From contig JASTWF010000514.1 of assembly GCA_030390025.1 (NCBI GenBank), positions 1 to 64,000 of the forward strand: a stretch of 64,000 bases of DNA, read 5' to 3'. The notes under the pieces were generated by a model. That model ran no database searches, was not told the DNA's origin, and worked only from the letters and a program-made list of their open reading frames with translations. Shown here piece by piece: positions 22,933 to 37,012 of this stretch (within the stretch, counting starts at the first letter, position 1; every line of letters starts with the position of its first letter). The translations under genes and the position numbers were made by a program. Source of the DNA: Squalus acanthias (taxonomy: Eukaryota).

Positions 22933-24370
22933 CAGCACTTAAAGAGACATTGAGTGGATTTCATAGAATGTACAGAACAAACAGGATATTCAGGCCAACT
23001 GGTCTATGCTGGTGTTTATGCTCCACATGAGCCTCCCCCCACGCTATTTCATCTCACTCCATCAGCATATCCTTCTATTCCTTTCTATCTCAGGTACTTA
23101 TCGAGCTTCCCATAAAATGCACCTATGCTATTCACCTCAGATATTCGATATGGCGGCAAATTCCACATTTTCACCCACTCTGGGTAAATAATTTTATCCC
23201 GAATTCCCTATTGGATTTCTTAATTTTAAGGTTATTCCCTCTTGTTCTGGACGTTCTCTCCCCCCGCCCCCACCAGAAGTGTAGTTTCGCTGTATCTACC
23301 CGATCAATCCCTTACAGAATCCTAGAAACCACAATCAAATCACTCTTTAACATTTTATATTCCAGGGAATATAAACTTAGTTTATGTAATCTCTCCTCAT
23401 AATTTGACCCTTGGATCCCTGGTAACATTCAGGTGAATCAGCGCTGAACTCCTTCCAATATATCCTTTCTGAGATGCGGTGCCCAGAACCTGTACACAGT
23501 GTTCCAGAAAGTGGATTATTTAAGTAGGGTGGGAAAGATAAACCAGGTCACTACCAGCATATGTCAGTTTACTGCCAGTTGTGGGGAAAATAATAGAAAC
23601 TGTCATTAAGGATAGAGTGACTGAACACTTTACCAAATATGAGCTGGTCAGAGGGGGCCTCTTCTGCCGCCATATTTAAGCTCTCAGCACTTAAAGGGAC
23701 ATTGAGTGGATTAAATCGAATTTACAGCACCAACAGTCCATTCAGCCAAACTAGTCTAAATCGGTGTTTATGCTCCACAGGAGCCTCTTCACACACTATT
23801 TCATCTCACTCCATCAACATATCCTTCTATTCCTTTCTACCTCACATACTTATCTAGCTTTCCCTTAAATACATCTATCCTGTTCGACTCAACCAATCCA
23901 AATGGAAGTGAGATCCACATTCTCACCACTCTCTGGGTATGAAAGGTTTCTCCTAAATTCCCAATTCGATTTCTTAATTTTAAGGTTATGCCCCATTGTT
24001 CTGGACGACCCCCACCAGTAGAGTAATGTCTCTCCATCTACCCTATTCCATTCAAAATCCTAAAACCTCAATCAAATCACCCCTGAACATTCTATATTAC
24101 AGGGATTACAAGCTTAGTTTTAAACCTTGGTTCCCTGGTAACATTCTGGTGATTCTCCGCTGAAATCCTTCCAATATATCCGTTCTGAGATGCGGTGCCC
24201 AGAATCTGTACACAGTGCTCCAGATACTGGATTATTTAAGTAGGGTTGGAGATATAAACCAGGTCACTACAGGCCTGTCAGTTCATCGACAGTGGGGAAG
24301 CTTCTAAAATCTGTCATTAAGGATAGAGGGACTGACAACTGAAGCAAATATGAACTGATCAGAGGGGGCC
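22933..24370. repeat. Diverged ~725-bp tandem duplication of CR1-derived sequence
   Basis: Both units start 'ctcagcacttaaag.gacattgagtggatt' (~22933, ~23683) and end 'tcagagggggcc' (~23659, ~24370). Confidence 0.8.
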
Positions 24371-24880
24371 AGCATGGTTTTGTTAAGGTTAACTCATTTC
24401 TGACTAATGTAGTTGCAATTCTTGAGGAAGTCACTAATCAGATTGACAAAGGAGTGTCCATAGATGTTAGCTAAATGGACTCCCAAAAGGCATTCAAAAA
24501 GGTACCACACAAAGGATTATTGGACAAAATCAGATCGCATGGAATTGCGGGTAGCCTTTTGATCCGGGTTGGAGTTTGGTTGGGAGGTAGGAGATAGAGA
24601 GTGGGGATCATGTGTTGGTACTCAGATTGTCAGGATGTGACAAGTGCTGTTCCGCAGGGATCTGATCTGGGGCCACAATCTTTCCACCATATGTATCATT
24701 GACTTGGATGAAGGAATAAGAGTTGTATATCCAAGTTTGCAGCTGTTAAGTTAGGAGGCACAGTAACTTTTGCTGATGGAAGCCGGAAGTTAAAAGCGGA
24801 TATACACAGGTTGTGAGTGGAGTGAAATATGACTGATGAAGTTCAACGTGGGGGAGTGTGAGGTAATCCACTTTGGATCT
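24240..24880 (+). mobile_element. Old CR1 RT fragment
   Basis: Degenerate KAFKKVPH, QGSDLGP and SKFA motifs. Confidence 0.75.
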
Positions 24881-25719
24881 ACTCCTTTTCCTGTGCTCCT
24901 TGATCAGGAAGTGAGGATTTTGAATATGGTTAATCATGCATGCGAAATGTCCCGAGCATAATAGGCAGTGTCGCCAATGAGCTTGTGCAAGGGTGGTGGG
25001 GGGAGAAGGGGGCGAGTTGCCTGCATGACCACTAACGCTTTACATGTTAACCTGCGTGCTTACGTAATAACCGCACGTACAATGAACGTGATGAAGTACT
25101 TTCACCATGCTTACCTTGCATAATTAAATAGATGTGTTTGTGAGTACAATTGAGGTCATTCTCATAGCACTGGATGTGCTAAGTTTCTATAAGTGTCCCG
25201 ATAAATAAAGATTATTAGCATCTCCATCCCTTCAATCCATCAGCCTGTATAAAAGTGGACGTAAGGATTATTCTGACACCACGCTCCCGTGGCTGTTTGA
25301 TTTCCAAATCTGAAGCTTCTGTAGATCGGTGCTGAGACCACATGCGTCACTTTTGGCGACCAAGCTTCGAAAGTGAAATTGATCCATTGTAGGCCATTCA
25401 TTAAAGATCGCCATGCATCATTCCTGGATTAGATTACCAAAGAGATTGCTGAAAGGAAGTCTAGTGCCTTTGCTGAATCGATTAATGAAAGGAGACACCA
25501 ACCTGGTCGGAAATGCACAGATAATGAACGTATGATCAGGGCCTTTGGGGTGGGCTGTGAACGAGGAACTGGACGATAGCTGATGAATTACACGCGGGGC
25601 AATAAAAGAGGAAAATATAAATATTTTACACACAGTAGAGTAGATCGGTGCAATACACTCGCTGTGGAGACACTTCGAGTGCTGTTAGTCTTTAGGTTGG
25701 AGTCGGGTAGAACTCGGGA

Positions 25720-27490
25720 CAGACCCAGCCCGAATGTTCCTGGTGATAGCGGGCGAGATCGGTGGCGGCTCGGGTAGGAAAGTTGTTATTTTTGGGAGCG
25801 GGTCAGGATCCCGCTGTCATCTCACCCCCAACCGCTCTTCCCCCAGGTGCGTCTGTCATCGCGGGTCCGACCCGACCGGCAGCGGCGGGGGACACAATTG
25901 AGATGATTATCAGCTAGATTGCAGGCAGTTAAGAGCCCTTTTTCACTTATTTTTAAATTCCCCTGCATAGCCACGGGTTTCACACAGCTCGGGAACGACG
26001 TCAGTCAACCTGAGGTGGGTGTTCAGTGATCATTGCTCCAGCTGATTACTTGACAGCATCAAATGTACAGTAACAGCTCCCACATGACAGATGATCACTT
26101 TCCTCAGGCAGAAGCTGTTGTTCAGCCCATTTCCAGCACAGATTCTGCAGGCTGTAAGTGTTTCCAGCAAAATCTCCATCCAGTGTTACCTCAGTGGAAG
26201 AAATCTCTCACCATTGACAGAATCCTTCTGTCATCTTTACTTCACCTGCCATCTATTCCATCAACATGCGTGCCATTTCTTCTGTCTCACATTGGTCCGC
26301 TGATTGGACCCCGCCGGGCCCCAACACCAGCAGCAGCAACAACAACACCAACCTTCTCCACAATCACCTGATGTAGCACAGGACACAGGGCATAAGCACC
26401 CGACCACATTGCTGACCAGTCGGCCCAGGGTGGCCTCATTATGGCCACATTTAATTAACTTCACGCTGTACACCCATATGGCCGCCACATGATGCGCCAG
26501 GTTGGCACCACCCCAGAGTAACACCATTAAGCATCCCTGCAATGACCCAGCCATTCCTTTCATACTCATCACTATTGCAGGTGGATACTTTTATGTCTCG
26601 CCATTCACTGCAACTCAGTAAGACAATTCCAAAGGTGCTATTGAATTTGCCCAAGACTGGAAAGTGTTGCAAATAAAGATTTTTATGTTTGACTCCACAT
26701 TAACAGAAACTTTACATAAACATTGGATAAACACGCAAGTGGCTACACTTGTGAGTTGTTGGTATGATTGCACTAGGATGTGTGTGAATGTGAGGGGTGG
26801 CTAGTGAGAGGGGGATCTGATAATATAGATAGAGAGAGAGGGATGGGTGGAGGTTCAAGGTATATTGGTGTGAGTAAGGATGTGCATGAGTAGGGTAGGG
26901 AAGGCAGAGTGATGGGGTTGTGATGAGAGGCACAGCAGGCTGCGGTGGAGTGTGGCTTTGTACTAATGTTTTCAGTTCTAATGAGATCATTGAAACGTTT
27001 GCGGCAATGCACCCAGGACCACCGGACTACATCCCTGCTTGTGACCTCCTCTGCAATCTGCAACTAGGCTGTCTTGTTCTCCTGCGGCGGCCTGCTCTGC
27101 CTATTTGAAGGGAAGAGGACCTCACTGCGTGCTCTGACTCCATCCACATATGGAGGGAGTCATCGGAGAACCTGGGCGCAGGCCGCTGCCTCTAAGCAAT
27201 CATGGTCTGTGGTTGCAGCACTCGAATGCTGTAGTACCCTGTTAGATTAAAATTCAACTGTAATGTGGCCATGGTCGCTTTAAAGATACCGGCTGAAAAC
27301 GCGTCATGAATGACGTGGCCGGGCCCGCTCCATTTCATTGGTCCGGATAACGGGCTCGCCGGGCTTCATAGGCCTCATTATGATAAATTCATTTTCAATA
27401 GCGGGATCGAGCCAACAGCGGGGTCTCGACCCGCCATGGCCACCGCCCGCACAGGATCCGCCCAGATAAGCAAAGATCCTGCCTTGACTC
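25720..27490. mobile_element. Decayed PIF/Harbinger DNA transposon with Myb/SANT-like gene remnant
   Basis: Minus strand ~27180-26980 reads PRFSDDSL...LQIAEEVTSRDVVRWSWVHCRKRFNDL (Myb/SANT). GC-rich subterminal arms. Related copies at ~43580-43990 and ~44017-45270. Confidence 0.7.
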
Positions 27491-28114
27491 CAAAGCGAAA
27501 GGTCAATCTGGGTGGTGCTAAATGACACTTAAAGTGTTCGATTCCCCCGCAAATTTCTGAACTTTTTAAATTGTAACTGTTGGGAACCTGCGTGGATCGC
27601 AAGCTGTCCCAAGCCCTTCGCTAAACCTCTCCGCCGCTCTCACCGCCTTTGAGACCCTCCTTAAAACCTACCTCTTTGACCAAACTTACGATCACCTGTC
27701 CAAATATCAGCGTAAGTGGCTCGGGGAAAAATGTTGTCCAATTAACGCTTTTGTGAAACACCTTGGGGACATCTTACGACATTAAAGGCTCTGCAGAAAT
27801 TCAGGTTGTTGTTGGTGCTGTGTAAACTACATATCGTGCTCTTAGATAACTTTTTGACCTAGCAATTCATTCCTGAACCCCAATGGGATCTGAGCAACGT
27901 ACTGGGGGCTTGGATGGGAATAAGATGGGCGGGTGAGGCTGCGGGGGGTGGGGGTTTAAATATATAAATGAGGAAAGCCCACAACAACCCACTGCTTCAG
28001 CTCCTGCCGCCATATTTAAGTTCTCAGGCGGGATGTCGGACAAGCAGCGTGACAATTCAGAGAGAGTGGGGGGTTCGAAAGAGTTTTTGGTGAGGTAGAG
28101 CTGACTCAGTGCTG

Positions 28115-28411
28115 TCAATAGAACCGCTGATCCTGGCTATTGCCCAATGTGGAACTACAGTTCCCAAGGTTCAGTGCGCGGTGTGGCCAGCGCTCTGCAA
28201 TAATTGGTAATCCAGTCAGCCGTGTCAGTGTCAGCAGTGACAACGCTCTTGGTCCCTGTGCAAGGTTGAGAGAGCAGCTCCAGTCACAGCAACAAAGCCC
28301 CTTTAATAATTCTAACAGACCAGAGGAATCAGTGATCAGTTCAAGCGCAGAAACAGGAACAAGCATCTGGGCTTCACCGAAAAGCCACTTGTCCAGGTGA
28401 GAACCAATCCC
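28115..28411 (+). promoter_or_regulatory. ZNF143/THAP11-motif promoter module, copy 2
   Basis: ACTACAGTTCCCA at 28154-28166; donor CAG|GTGAGA at 28397. Confidence 0.55.
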
Positions 28412-29310
28412 AGGAAACCATAGACCAGTTAGCCTAACATCTGTTGTTGGGAAAATGCTGGAGTCCTTCATTGAGGAAGCATTAGCAGGGCATTTGGAAA
28501 ATCATAATGCAATCAAGCAGAGTCAGCCTGGTTTATGAAAGGGAAATCATGTTTTACAAATTTGCTGGATTTCTTTGAGGATGTAACGAGCAGGGTGGAC
28601 AAAGGTGAACCAGTGGATGTGGTGTATTTGGATTTACAGAAGGCATTCGATAAGGTGCCATATAAAAGGTTACTGCATAAGATAAGAGCTCACGGAATTG
28701 GGGGTAATATATTAGCATGGATAGAGAATTGGCTATCTAACAAAAAGCAGAGACTCGGGATAAATGGGTAATTTTCCGGTTGGCAAACGGTAACTAGTGG
28801 GGTGCCACAGGGATCGGTGCTGGGGCCTCAACTATTTACAATCTACATTAATGACTTGGGTGAAGGGACCGAGTGTAATGTAGCCAAATTTGCGTATAAT
28901 ATAAAGATGGGTGGGAAATCAATTTGTGCAGAGGACTCAAAGAATCTTCAAAGGGATATAGAAAGTTTCAGTGAGTGGGCAAACATTTGGCAGATGGATT
29001 ATAACGTGGGAATGTGCGAGGTTATACACTTTGGCAGGAAAAATAAAAAAACAAATTATTATTTAAACGGAGAGCGATTACAAAATGCTACAGTTCAGAG
29101 GGACCTGGGGGTCCTTGTGCATGAAACACAAAAATTTAGCAGGCAGGTACAGCAAATAATCAAAAAGGCAAATGGAATATTGGCATTTATTTCAAGGGGG
29201 TTGGAGCATAATAGCAGAGAAGCCCTGCTACAACTGTATAGTATATTGATGAGACAACAGCTTGAGTGCTGCATGCAGTTTTGGTCTCCTTATTTAAGGA
29301 AGGATATAGA
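28412..29310 (+). mobile_element. CR1 RT fragment, inserted at the same site as in IgL copy 3
   Basis: KGKSCFTNLLDFFE, YLDLQKAFDKV and PQGSVLGP motifs. Junction aatccc|aggaaa is shared with 40864. Confidence 0.9.
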
Positions 29311-30827
29311 GTCATAGAGATATACAGCGCTGAAAGAGGTCCTTCGGCAGATCGTGTCCACGCCGGCTGTCAAGCCCAGTCTATTCTAATCCCATTTCCA
29401 GCAGTTGGTCCGTAGCCTTGTATGCTATGGCGTTTCATGTGCTCATCTAAATGCTTCCTGAATGTTGTGAGGGTTCCTGCCTCTACCACCCTTTCAGGCA
29501 GTGAGTTCAAGTATCCAAACACCCTCTGGGTGAAATAGTTTCTCCTCAAATCCCCACTAAAAATCCTCCCCTTTATCTTGAAACTATGCCCCCTGGTTGT
29601 TGAACCCTCTGCTAAGGGGAAAAGTTCCTTTCTATCTACCCTATCTATGTCCCTCATAATTTTGTACACCTGAATCCGGTCCCCACTCAAGCTTCTCTGC
29701 TCTAAGGAAAACAAAACCACCCTGTACAGTCTCTCTCCATAGCTGAAGAGCTCAAGCCCAGGTAACAGCCTGGTGAATCTCCTCTGCACCCTCTCCAATG
29801 CAATCACATCCTTCCTATAGTGTGGCGACCAGAACTGCACACAGTATTCCAGCTGTGGCCTAAGTAGCGTTATGTACAGCTCCATCATAACATCCCTGCT
29901 TTTATATTCTATGCCTCGGCTAGTGAAGGCAAGCGTCCTATTGGCCTTTTAACCACCTTATCTACCTGTCCTGCTGCCGTCAGCGATCTGTGTACATGCA
30001 CATGCTCTGATCCTCTGTCCTTCCTAGGGTCCTACCATTCATTGTGCATTCCCTTGCCTTGTTAGTCCTTCCAAAATGCATCACCTCACACTTTATTGGT
30101 TAAATTCCATTTGCCACTGTTCTGCCCATCTAATCAACCAATCTATATCGTCCTGTAGCCTGAGGCTTCCCTCCTCGCTATTTACCACTCCACCAATTTT
30201 CGTGTCATCTGCGAACTTACTGCTCATACTTCCTACCTTCATATCTAAATCAATAATGTGCACTACAAACAGCAAAGGACCAAGCAGCGAGCCCTGTGGA
30301 ATTCCACTGGACACAGGCTTCCAGTCAGAAAAGCAACCTTCGACCATCACGCTCTGCCTACTGCCACTAAGCCAATTTTGGATCCAATGCGCCAAATTGC
30401 CCTGGATCCCACGGGGTCTTACCTTCTCGACCAATCTCCCATGCGGGACTTTATCAAAAGCCTTACTGAATTCCATGTAGACTACATCAACTGCACTTCC
30501 ATCATCCGCACACCTAGTCACCCCCTCGAAAAATTCAATCAAAGTGGTTAGACATGACATCTCCTGACAAAGCCGAGCTGATTATTCTTGACTAATCCTT
30601 GCCTCTCCAAGTGGAGACTAATTTTGTCCCTCAAAATTTTTTCCAATAATTTCCCTACCACTGATGTTAGTCTCACTGGCCTGTAATTCCCTGGTTTATC
30701 CCTACTACCTTTCTTGAATAATGGAACTACATTAGCTATTCTCCAGTCCTCTGGCACCTCCCCTGTGGCCAGAGAAGTTCTGAAAATTTGGTCAGAACCC
30801 CTGCAATCTCCACCCTTGCCTCAACAG

Positions 30828-31295
30828 CAGACTGGGCACCCAACAGCCCTCTGGACTCAACATTGAGTTCAACAATTTCAGATAATAACCTTGGCCCCTT
30901 TCACATATATATATGTTTTAATTTTATTTTTTCATCCACCCATTTGTTGGGTCTTTTATTTCCCTCCCACCAGCTGGCAGCTGTCCTTCATTCTGCCAGC
31001 GCAGTTCACACTTCATCTAGCCTCTACCTGTCACATTGCCACCTCCTCTTGCCTTGATTATCTATTTATGTCTCTTGATCTCTCCTGCTTTCTATCGCAC
31101 TACTGACCTCGCCTTTTGTTCTTCCATCCCCTCCCCCTTTTCCCAGCATTATTCTTGCTTTAAATCTATTTCAGTTCCTGCTTTTTTCCAGTTCTGACTA
31201 AAGGTCTTCGACCTGAAACGTTAACTCTGTATCTCTCGTCACGGATGCTTCCTGGCCTGCTGAGTTTTTACAGCGTTTTCTCTTGTTATTTCAGC
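30828..31295 (+). mobile_element. Penelope-like element 3' fragment inserted in CR1
   Basis: GIY-YIG C-terminal remnant RLGTQQPSGLNIEFNNFR* followed by a pLTR-like region with a hammerhead motif. Confidence 0.7.
31190..31226 (+). ncRNA. Minimal type-I hammerhead ribozyme (degenerate core)
   Basis: agtt CTGACTA a aggtc-ttc-gacct GAAA cgt t aact: stems I and II pair and stem III is palindromic; G>T in the CUGANGA core. Confidence 0.5.
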
Positions 31296-34134
31296 CCGGA
31301 ATACATGCCGTCTGCGCCTGTGGATTGATCCACTTTTAAGCCCGCTATAACCGCTAGTAGCTCCTCCTTCTCAATACTAATTTGTTCCAGTATAACCCCC
31401 TGCCTGATTTCTAAGCCTACATCGTCCTGCTCCATAGTGAACACAGATGCAAAATATTCATTTAAAACCCCACCTACATCATCCGGGTCTACACACAGAT
31501 TGCCACTTTGGTCCCTAATGGGCCCTACTCTTTCCCTGGTTATCCTCTTCCTCTTAATATACTTATAAAATACTTTGGGATTCTCCTTTATTTTGCCCGG
31601 CAATGGTTTTTCATGCCCCCTCTTCGCTCTCTTAATCTCTTTTTAAGTACCCCCTGCATTTTCTATACTCCTCTAGGGCTTCCACAGTTTTTAGTCCTTT
31701 GTATCTGCCAAATGCCTGCCTTTTTTTCCTAATCCATTCTTGTATATCCCTTCACATCCAGGGTTCCCTGGGCTTGTTGGTCCCACCCTTGACTTTTACG
31801 GGAACATGTTTGCGTTGTTCTCTCTCTATTTCCTTTCTGAAAGACTCCCAATGTTTCCTTCAAGTATCTGATCCCAGTCCACTTTGACCAGATCCTGCCT
31901 TATCATATTAAAATCGGCATTCCACAATTTGGAAACTTTATTTCCGGTCCACCTTTGTCCTTTTCCATGACTACCTTAAATCTCACCGAATTATGGTCAT
32001 TGTCACCAAAATGCTCTCCTACTGCCACTTCTACCACTTGCCGGGCTACATTCCCCAGAATTAGGTCCAGTACCGCCCCCTCTCTTGTAGGACTTTCTAC
32101 ATGCTGGCGCAAAAAGCTCTCCTAGATGCACTTTAAGAATTCCGCACCCTCTAAGCCTTCCACACTCTGACTATCCTAGTTAATGTTGGGGAAGTTGAAA
32201 TCCCCTACTGTTATTACCCTATTATTTCTATACTTCTCTGAGATTTGCCTCCATATCTGTCCCTCTATCTCCCCCTGACTGTTTCGGGGCCTATAGTACA
32301 ATCCCAGCAAGGATTTTGGACCCTTTCCGGTACAGGTGCAACCCGTCCGACTTGTACAGGTCCCACCTTCCCCAGAAGCAGACCCAGTGATCAAGGAAAC
32401 TGAAGCCATCCCTCCTGCACCAAGTCTTTAGACAGGCATTCATCTGCTCTCTCCTCCTATTCCTGTACTCACTAGCACGTGGCACCGGGAGTTATCCAGC
32501 GATTACAACCTTTGAAGTCCTGCTTTATAATCTGCTACCTAGCTCCCTAATTACTTGTTGCAGGACCTGATCCCTCTTTCTACTCATGTCGTTGGTACCA
32601 ATGTGAACCAGGGCCTCTGACTGTTCACCCTCCCCCTTCAGAATGCCCTGCAGCCGTTCAGTGACTTCCTTGACCCTGGCACGAGGGAGGCAACATGACA
32701 TCCTGGAGTCATGTCTGCTGCCACAGAAACGTCTATCTGTTCCCCTTATGATAGAATCCCTTATCACTATTGCTCTCCTACTCTTTTTCCTCCCCACCTG
32801 TGCAGCTGAATCACTCGTAGTGCCACGGACATGGCTCTTGCTGCATTCCCCTGAGAAACCATCTCCCCCAGTAGTATCCAACATGGAAAATCTTTCGGAG
32901 AGGGAGATGGACCCAGGGGACTCCTGCACTACCTTCCCAGTTATTTTACTCTGTCTGGCGGTCATCAATTTCGTGTCTGCCTGTGCACTCTTTACCTGCG
33001 GTGTGACCACCTCGTTAAACGCGTAATCCATGAAGATCTTAGCTTTGCGGATACTCCACCGTGACTCCAGCAGCAGCTGCAGCTCTGAAATGCGGATTTC
33101 GAGTAGCTGCAGCTGTAGACACTTCCTGCACATGTGTTCGCCCTGGGCACCGAAAGCGTCCCTGACTTCCCACATAGCACAGGAGGAGCACTCCACGGTG
33201 CCGAGCTGCCCTGCCATGACCTACCCTTAAATTATTCCCTTTACTTCCTTTAAATTAAAGAATATTAAACACACTAGGGACCTTACTTCCCTTTAAACAC
33301 TACTTACTCTAAACTGGAGACCTTACTTTACTCAGAGTGGGGAGTTAGGGATTGACTCCAAAAAGGGGAAGTGTTCAAAATCACAGAGCCCCGGAAACAA
33401 CTGACCCCGCCGCTTAATTATTGAACTGGAACAGGGTTTAAAACGGGAACTGCGCGCATTAATCGGACCCGCAGTAAATTAAAGGCAAGGTGACATTTGA
33501 TTAATATTGTGCCGAGTTTTATTTATCCTCCTGAGTTTTAAAGGAGGTGACTCTGACTACAATAGAACAAATTCTCTTTATTCCTGTGGCAGGGTGTAAA
33601 ATGCTGCTTTCTTCCCCTCTTTCTCATTCAACTAATTCGCTCCTTACTCCGCCTCAGGTATTTTCTTATCAGAAATGTATTTACAGACTGAAGCCCAAAT
33701 CATATTTGTCAATTGCAATAACACTTTTAAAGGATTGACAATTCCAGGGTTGTCTTGCTGCTAATTTAGAGAAGCGAACGTCAGTCTATTATGAAAGATG
33801 CATTTTAGTGGTAAAGTTTATTTTAAAATCTGATGAATTATATCAGAGAATAACAGCGCGTTATCAGAACGATTCCGGCCGAAGTGCATCAGCTGATCCG
33901 TATCTCTACAATCCGTCCCTCAATTTTCTGGAGTAGAAGTCAGACTAAATATTCATTAAACGCAAAAATCTTCGAAATCTTGGAATCTTCCCTTAACAGA
34001 ATCTCCATTTGGAGATTATACATTTTTATAAACTAAAGGTTTAAGATTTTAATAATTTAATTAGGCACAAGTAGGTTTAAAAAAATACCCGACTTAAAAA
34101 TCTGCCTCCTTCCTTTTCCTGGCTCCACCCAGCC

Positions 34135-34156
34135 ATTTGCATACCGGGTTATAAAT
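34135..34156 (+). promoter_or_regulatory. Ig light-chain promoter: octamer + TATA (copy 2)
   Basis: ATTTGCAT at 34135-34142 and TATAAAT at 34150-34156, ~120-140 nt upstream of the leader ATG. Confidence 0.85.
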
Positions 34157-34274
34157 AGACCCGGAGTCGCGGGTATGCAGCCACTGTAACCGGACCGGGT
34201 CCCGGAGTTTACAGGAACAGCGCACGGCTCAATCGGAAATATGAGCGGTGGCTGTTGGCGCTTCTCCTCAGGAA

Positions 34275-37012
34275 ATGGCTCCAGCGATGCATCTCCTGTG
34301 GGCTCTGCTGATCCATTTAACAGGTGAGAGACGGATGGTTTTAGTCACGGGTTTATTCGCAAATAAATCGGTTCAATACCGAGAATCAAGCGGTTTTCCC
34401 TCCGTGTTTATTGACGCATAAACGTCGTAGTTTCTACAAGTCTCTGAATGGGTTGATTTTTTTCCTTGTATTGAAGGTGTCTTGGCGTTTCCCGTCCTCA
34501 ATCAGTCCCCAATATCCGATCCTGTCTCCGCGGGTCAGACCGCCCGGTTAAAGTGTGCGATGCAGAACGGGGCTGTGGGCAGGAAGAATGTGAACTGATT
34601 ACGAAAGCGACCCGGTGAACCTCCGGTGTGGGTGCTAAGCTATGAAACAGACAATGATATATACCGAGGCACCGGTTTCACAGAACGTTTTCAACCTTCC
34701 AGAGACTCCTACGGTAACAGTTACATTCTGACTATCGGATCCTTGTTGCCCGGTCACTCCGCCGTCGATTACTGTGCTGTGTGGGACTCGGAAATCATCT
34801 TCGGACCGGGGACCATCCTGAGTATAAAGAGTAAGTGACTCTCTCATTCTATCAAAAACGTAGTTTCAATTATTAAAACTTTGCAGTCGCTTTCAATCCC
34901 TGTCGCCAGAGAAATCTCCATTCAGTGAATTTTGATGTTTGAACTATTTATACCCAAAAAAGGTTAAGCTGATCAGAATTGGAATTGTTGCAGCGCCTCG
35001 GGGAATAATACTGCGCTGAAATGATGTTTGACACCATGTCCTGCTCCCATTCAATAGGGGAGATGAGGAGAAGTGTTCTTTTTACGCAGCGAATTGATGT
35101 GATCTGGAATGCACTGCCTGAAAGGGCGGTGGAACCAGATTCAATATTAACTGTCAAAAGCGAAATTGGACAAATACTTGAAAAGGATAAATGCATGGCC
35201 ACGGGGAAAGAGCAGGAGCAGTGGGAATAATTGGATAGCTTTATTCAAAGATCCGGCACAAGCACGATGGGCCGAATGCCCTCAGCGGAGCACTGATTGA
35301 TAAAATATTGACAGAGGAACAGGAGAAGTCCATTCAACCACTCGAGCATGTGTGAAAAATTGCTTCCCTCCTCAATGGCCGGGCTCTAATTTTACGTTGA
35401 TGTCCCCTGATTCTTGATTCCCCGCCCACAGGGAATCGTTTCTCTGTGTTTTCCCGAGCGAATCCTTTTCCACATTTTAAACACTTCGAACAGATCACCT
35501 CTGAATCTTCTAAACTTAAGGGAATAGAAGCAATGTTTATGCAACCCGTCCCCATAAGTTAGCCCTCTAAGCCCCGGTATCTTTCGGCTGCGGCAAGAGA
35601 CAGAGAGAGATAGAGGGGAAAGTTATGAGCTACACTGTGAAGTTCTGACATTGGACACTGATTGCCCGACGCTGGCGGGAGTGACCCCGGGGGAATCCCA
35701 ACCCATTTACCGTCATTTGCAAATTTCAATGTTGCTGCTGGTTTTATTCCCGTGGCGTATTGTCTCCCTGACCGCAGCCGTCGGGTGTCCAGCTCTGGGC
35801 TGGGAGAGAGAGAGGACCCTCCCGAGACCCGCTGTCCCAGCACAGAACCGGGTGCATCGACTCCCTGTCGCCAGCAACACCGGGAATAGTCGGGATTGTA
35901 TTCGTTTAACGGGAATGGTTTTATGCTGAATTTCCTGTTCCGATAGTTAATCTGTCAGAGCTCATTATTCGCAACCTCCCCGCTGTTTCTAGAGCAGAAC
36001 CGGCGCTTTATCATGGAGCGGCGCAGTGACAATTACTGACCAGCCCCGTGTGTGTGAGTGAGACTGGGTGATGCTTGTTGAAGGGAATTTTCTCTCCATC
36101 TCATTCGCTCCCTGCTCACCCTCTCCCATCCCCCAGGCTGTGTCTGCTGACTCTCCCTGTCCAGTGTCCCCCGGGGATAGCGCTGAAAATCCTGGATTGA
36201 TCCCGCTACCGCCCAGTGTTGAACGGATCGCTCCGGGACCAGCGAGACTGACCTGATCCCGAGAGAGAAATCAGTTCACCCGCGCGGGGAGGAATCCTTA
36301 CTTGCCTCTGTAGCGGGAGTCTTTTACAATCCTTGTTCCCCCTTTCACTAGAAATATCGAACAGTGCGGACTCCCGGTGTAAAGCGGGTTACAGCTCTCC
36401 AATTCTACCTCTTTAAAGATAACACTGAACGCCTTTTAAGACAACCATACGCTTTATTATACTTAAGTGAACAGGAAAATACTGAAACTATTGCAATTTA
36501 AAAATAAACAGAAAATGCTGGGAATGCACGGTCGGGCGATCAGTGTCTGTAACGCCAACAGGCAGGTTAGTGCGGTTCCGGGGGTGTAACCTGCATCTGA
36601 ACTAGTCAGTTGCTGATCTATCCGCCTCACACATGCTGACTGACCTGGACTGTATTTCCAGCATTTTCTGCTTTTATTTTGCAGGAAAGAACGAAAGAAG
36701 GAAAGATAGAAAGAAAGCGTAAAGAAAGAAAAATGTTATTGGAACTCTAGTATTAAATAGTAACTTATTTTTAAACGAATTTTGTTCGGGGGTTCTTTGG
36801 CGTCTTTGATAACCGATCAGAGCATCCCACTGCTGACGGATTCCATCACAGAATGGATTTTCTCTGCCCCCACACACAGGCAGTGAAGATCCAAGCCCCT
36901 CGGTTCTTCTCCTCTCTCCTCGGAAGAAATCTGCTCGGGATCGGCAGCTCTCTCCTGCCTGGTCATTCGCTTTAAGCCGGGCTTGGTGCGGCTCCGCTGG
37001 AGCGTCGATGGC
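34275..37012 (+). pseudogene. Ig light chain type I (sigma-cart) germline-joined cluster, copy 2; C exon truncated
   Basis: Leader 34275-34323 MAPAMHLLWALLIHLT. VJ 34477-34830 is in frame except W>TGA at 34596-34598 and YYC>DYC, ending FGPGTILSIK|GTAAGT. C from 36880 has a 4-nt deletion and is cut at 37012. Confidence 0.93.

Larger units (their letters stand above)
29310..33330 (-). mobile_element. Decayed CR1 LINE (ORF1 32525-33217, partial endonuclease, RT)
   Basis: ORF1 CSSC/CRKC and HIGTND esterase motifs; GDFN; FSKAFDKVPH; KFADDTK; 3' tail at 29310. Confidence 0.92.

Noticed and set aside
20852-35640. CACTGTG heptamers in the J-C introns (~20852, ~35633) as leftover J-RSS
   Set aside because: No GGTTTTTGT nonamer upstream and no FGxG segment downstream.
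34275-37012. Functional IgL gene (copy 2)
   Set aside because: In-frame TGA at the invariant Trp, DYC change, and frameshifted, truncated C exon.
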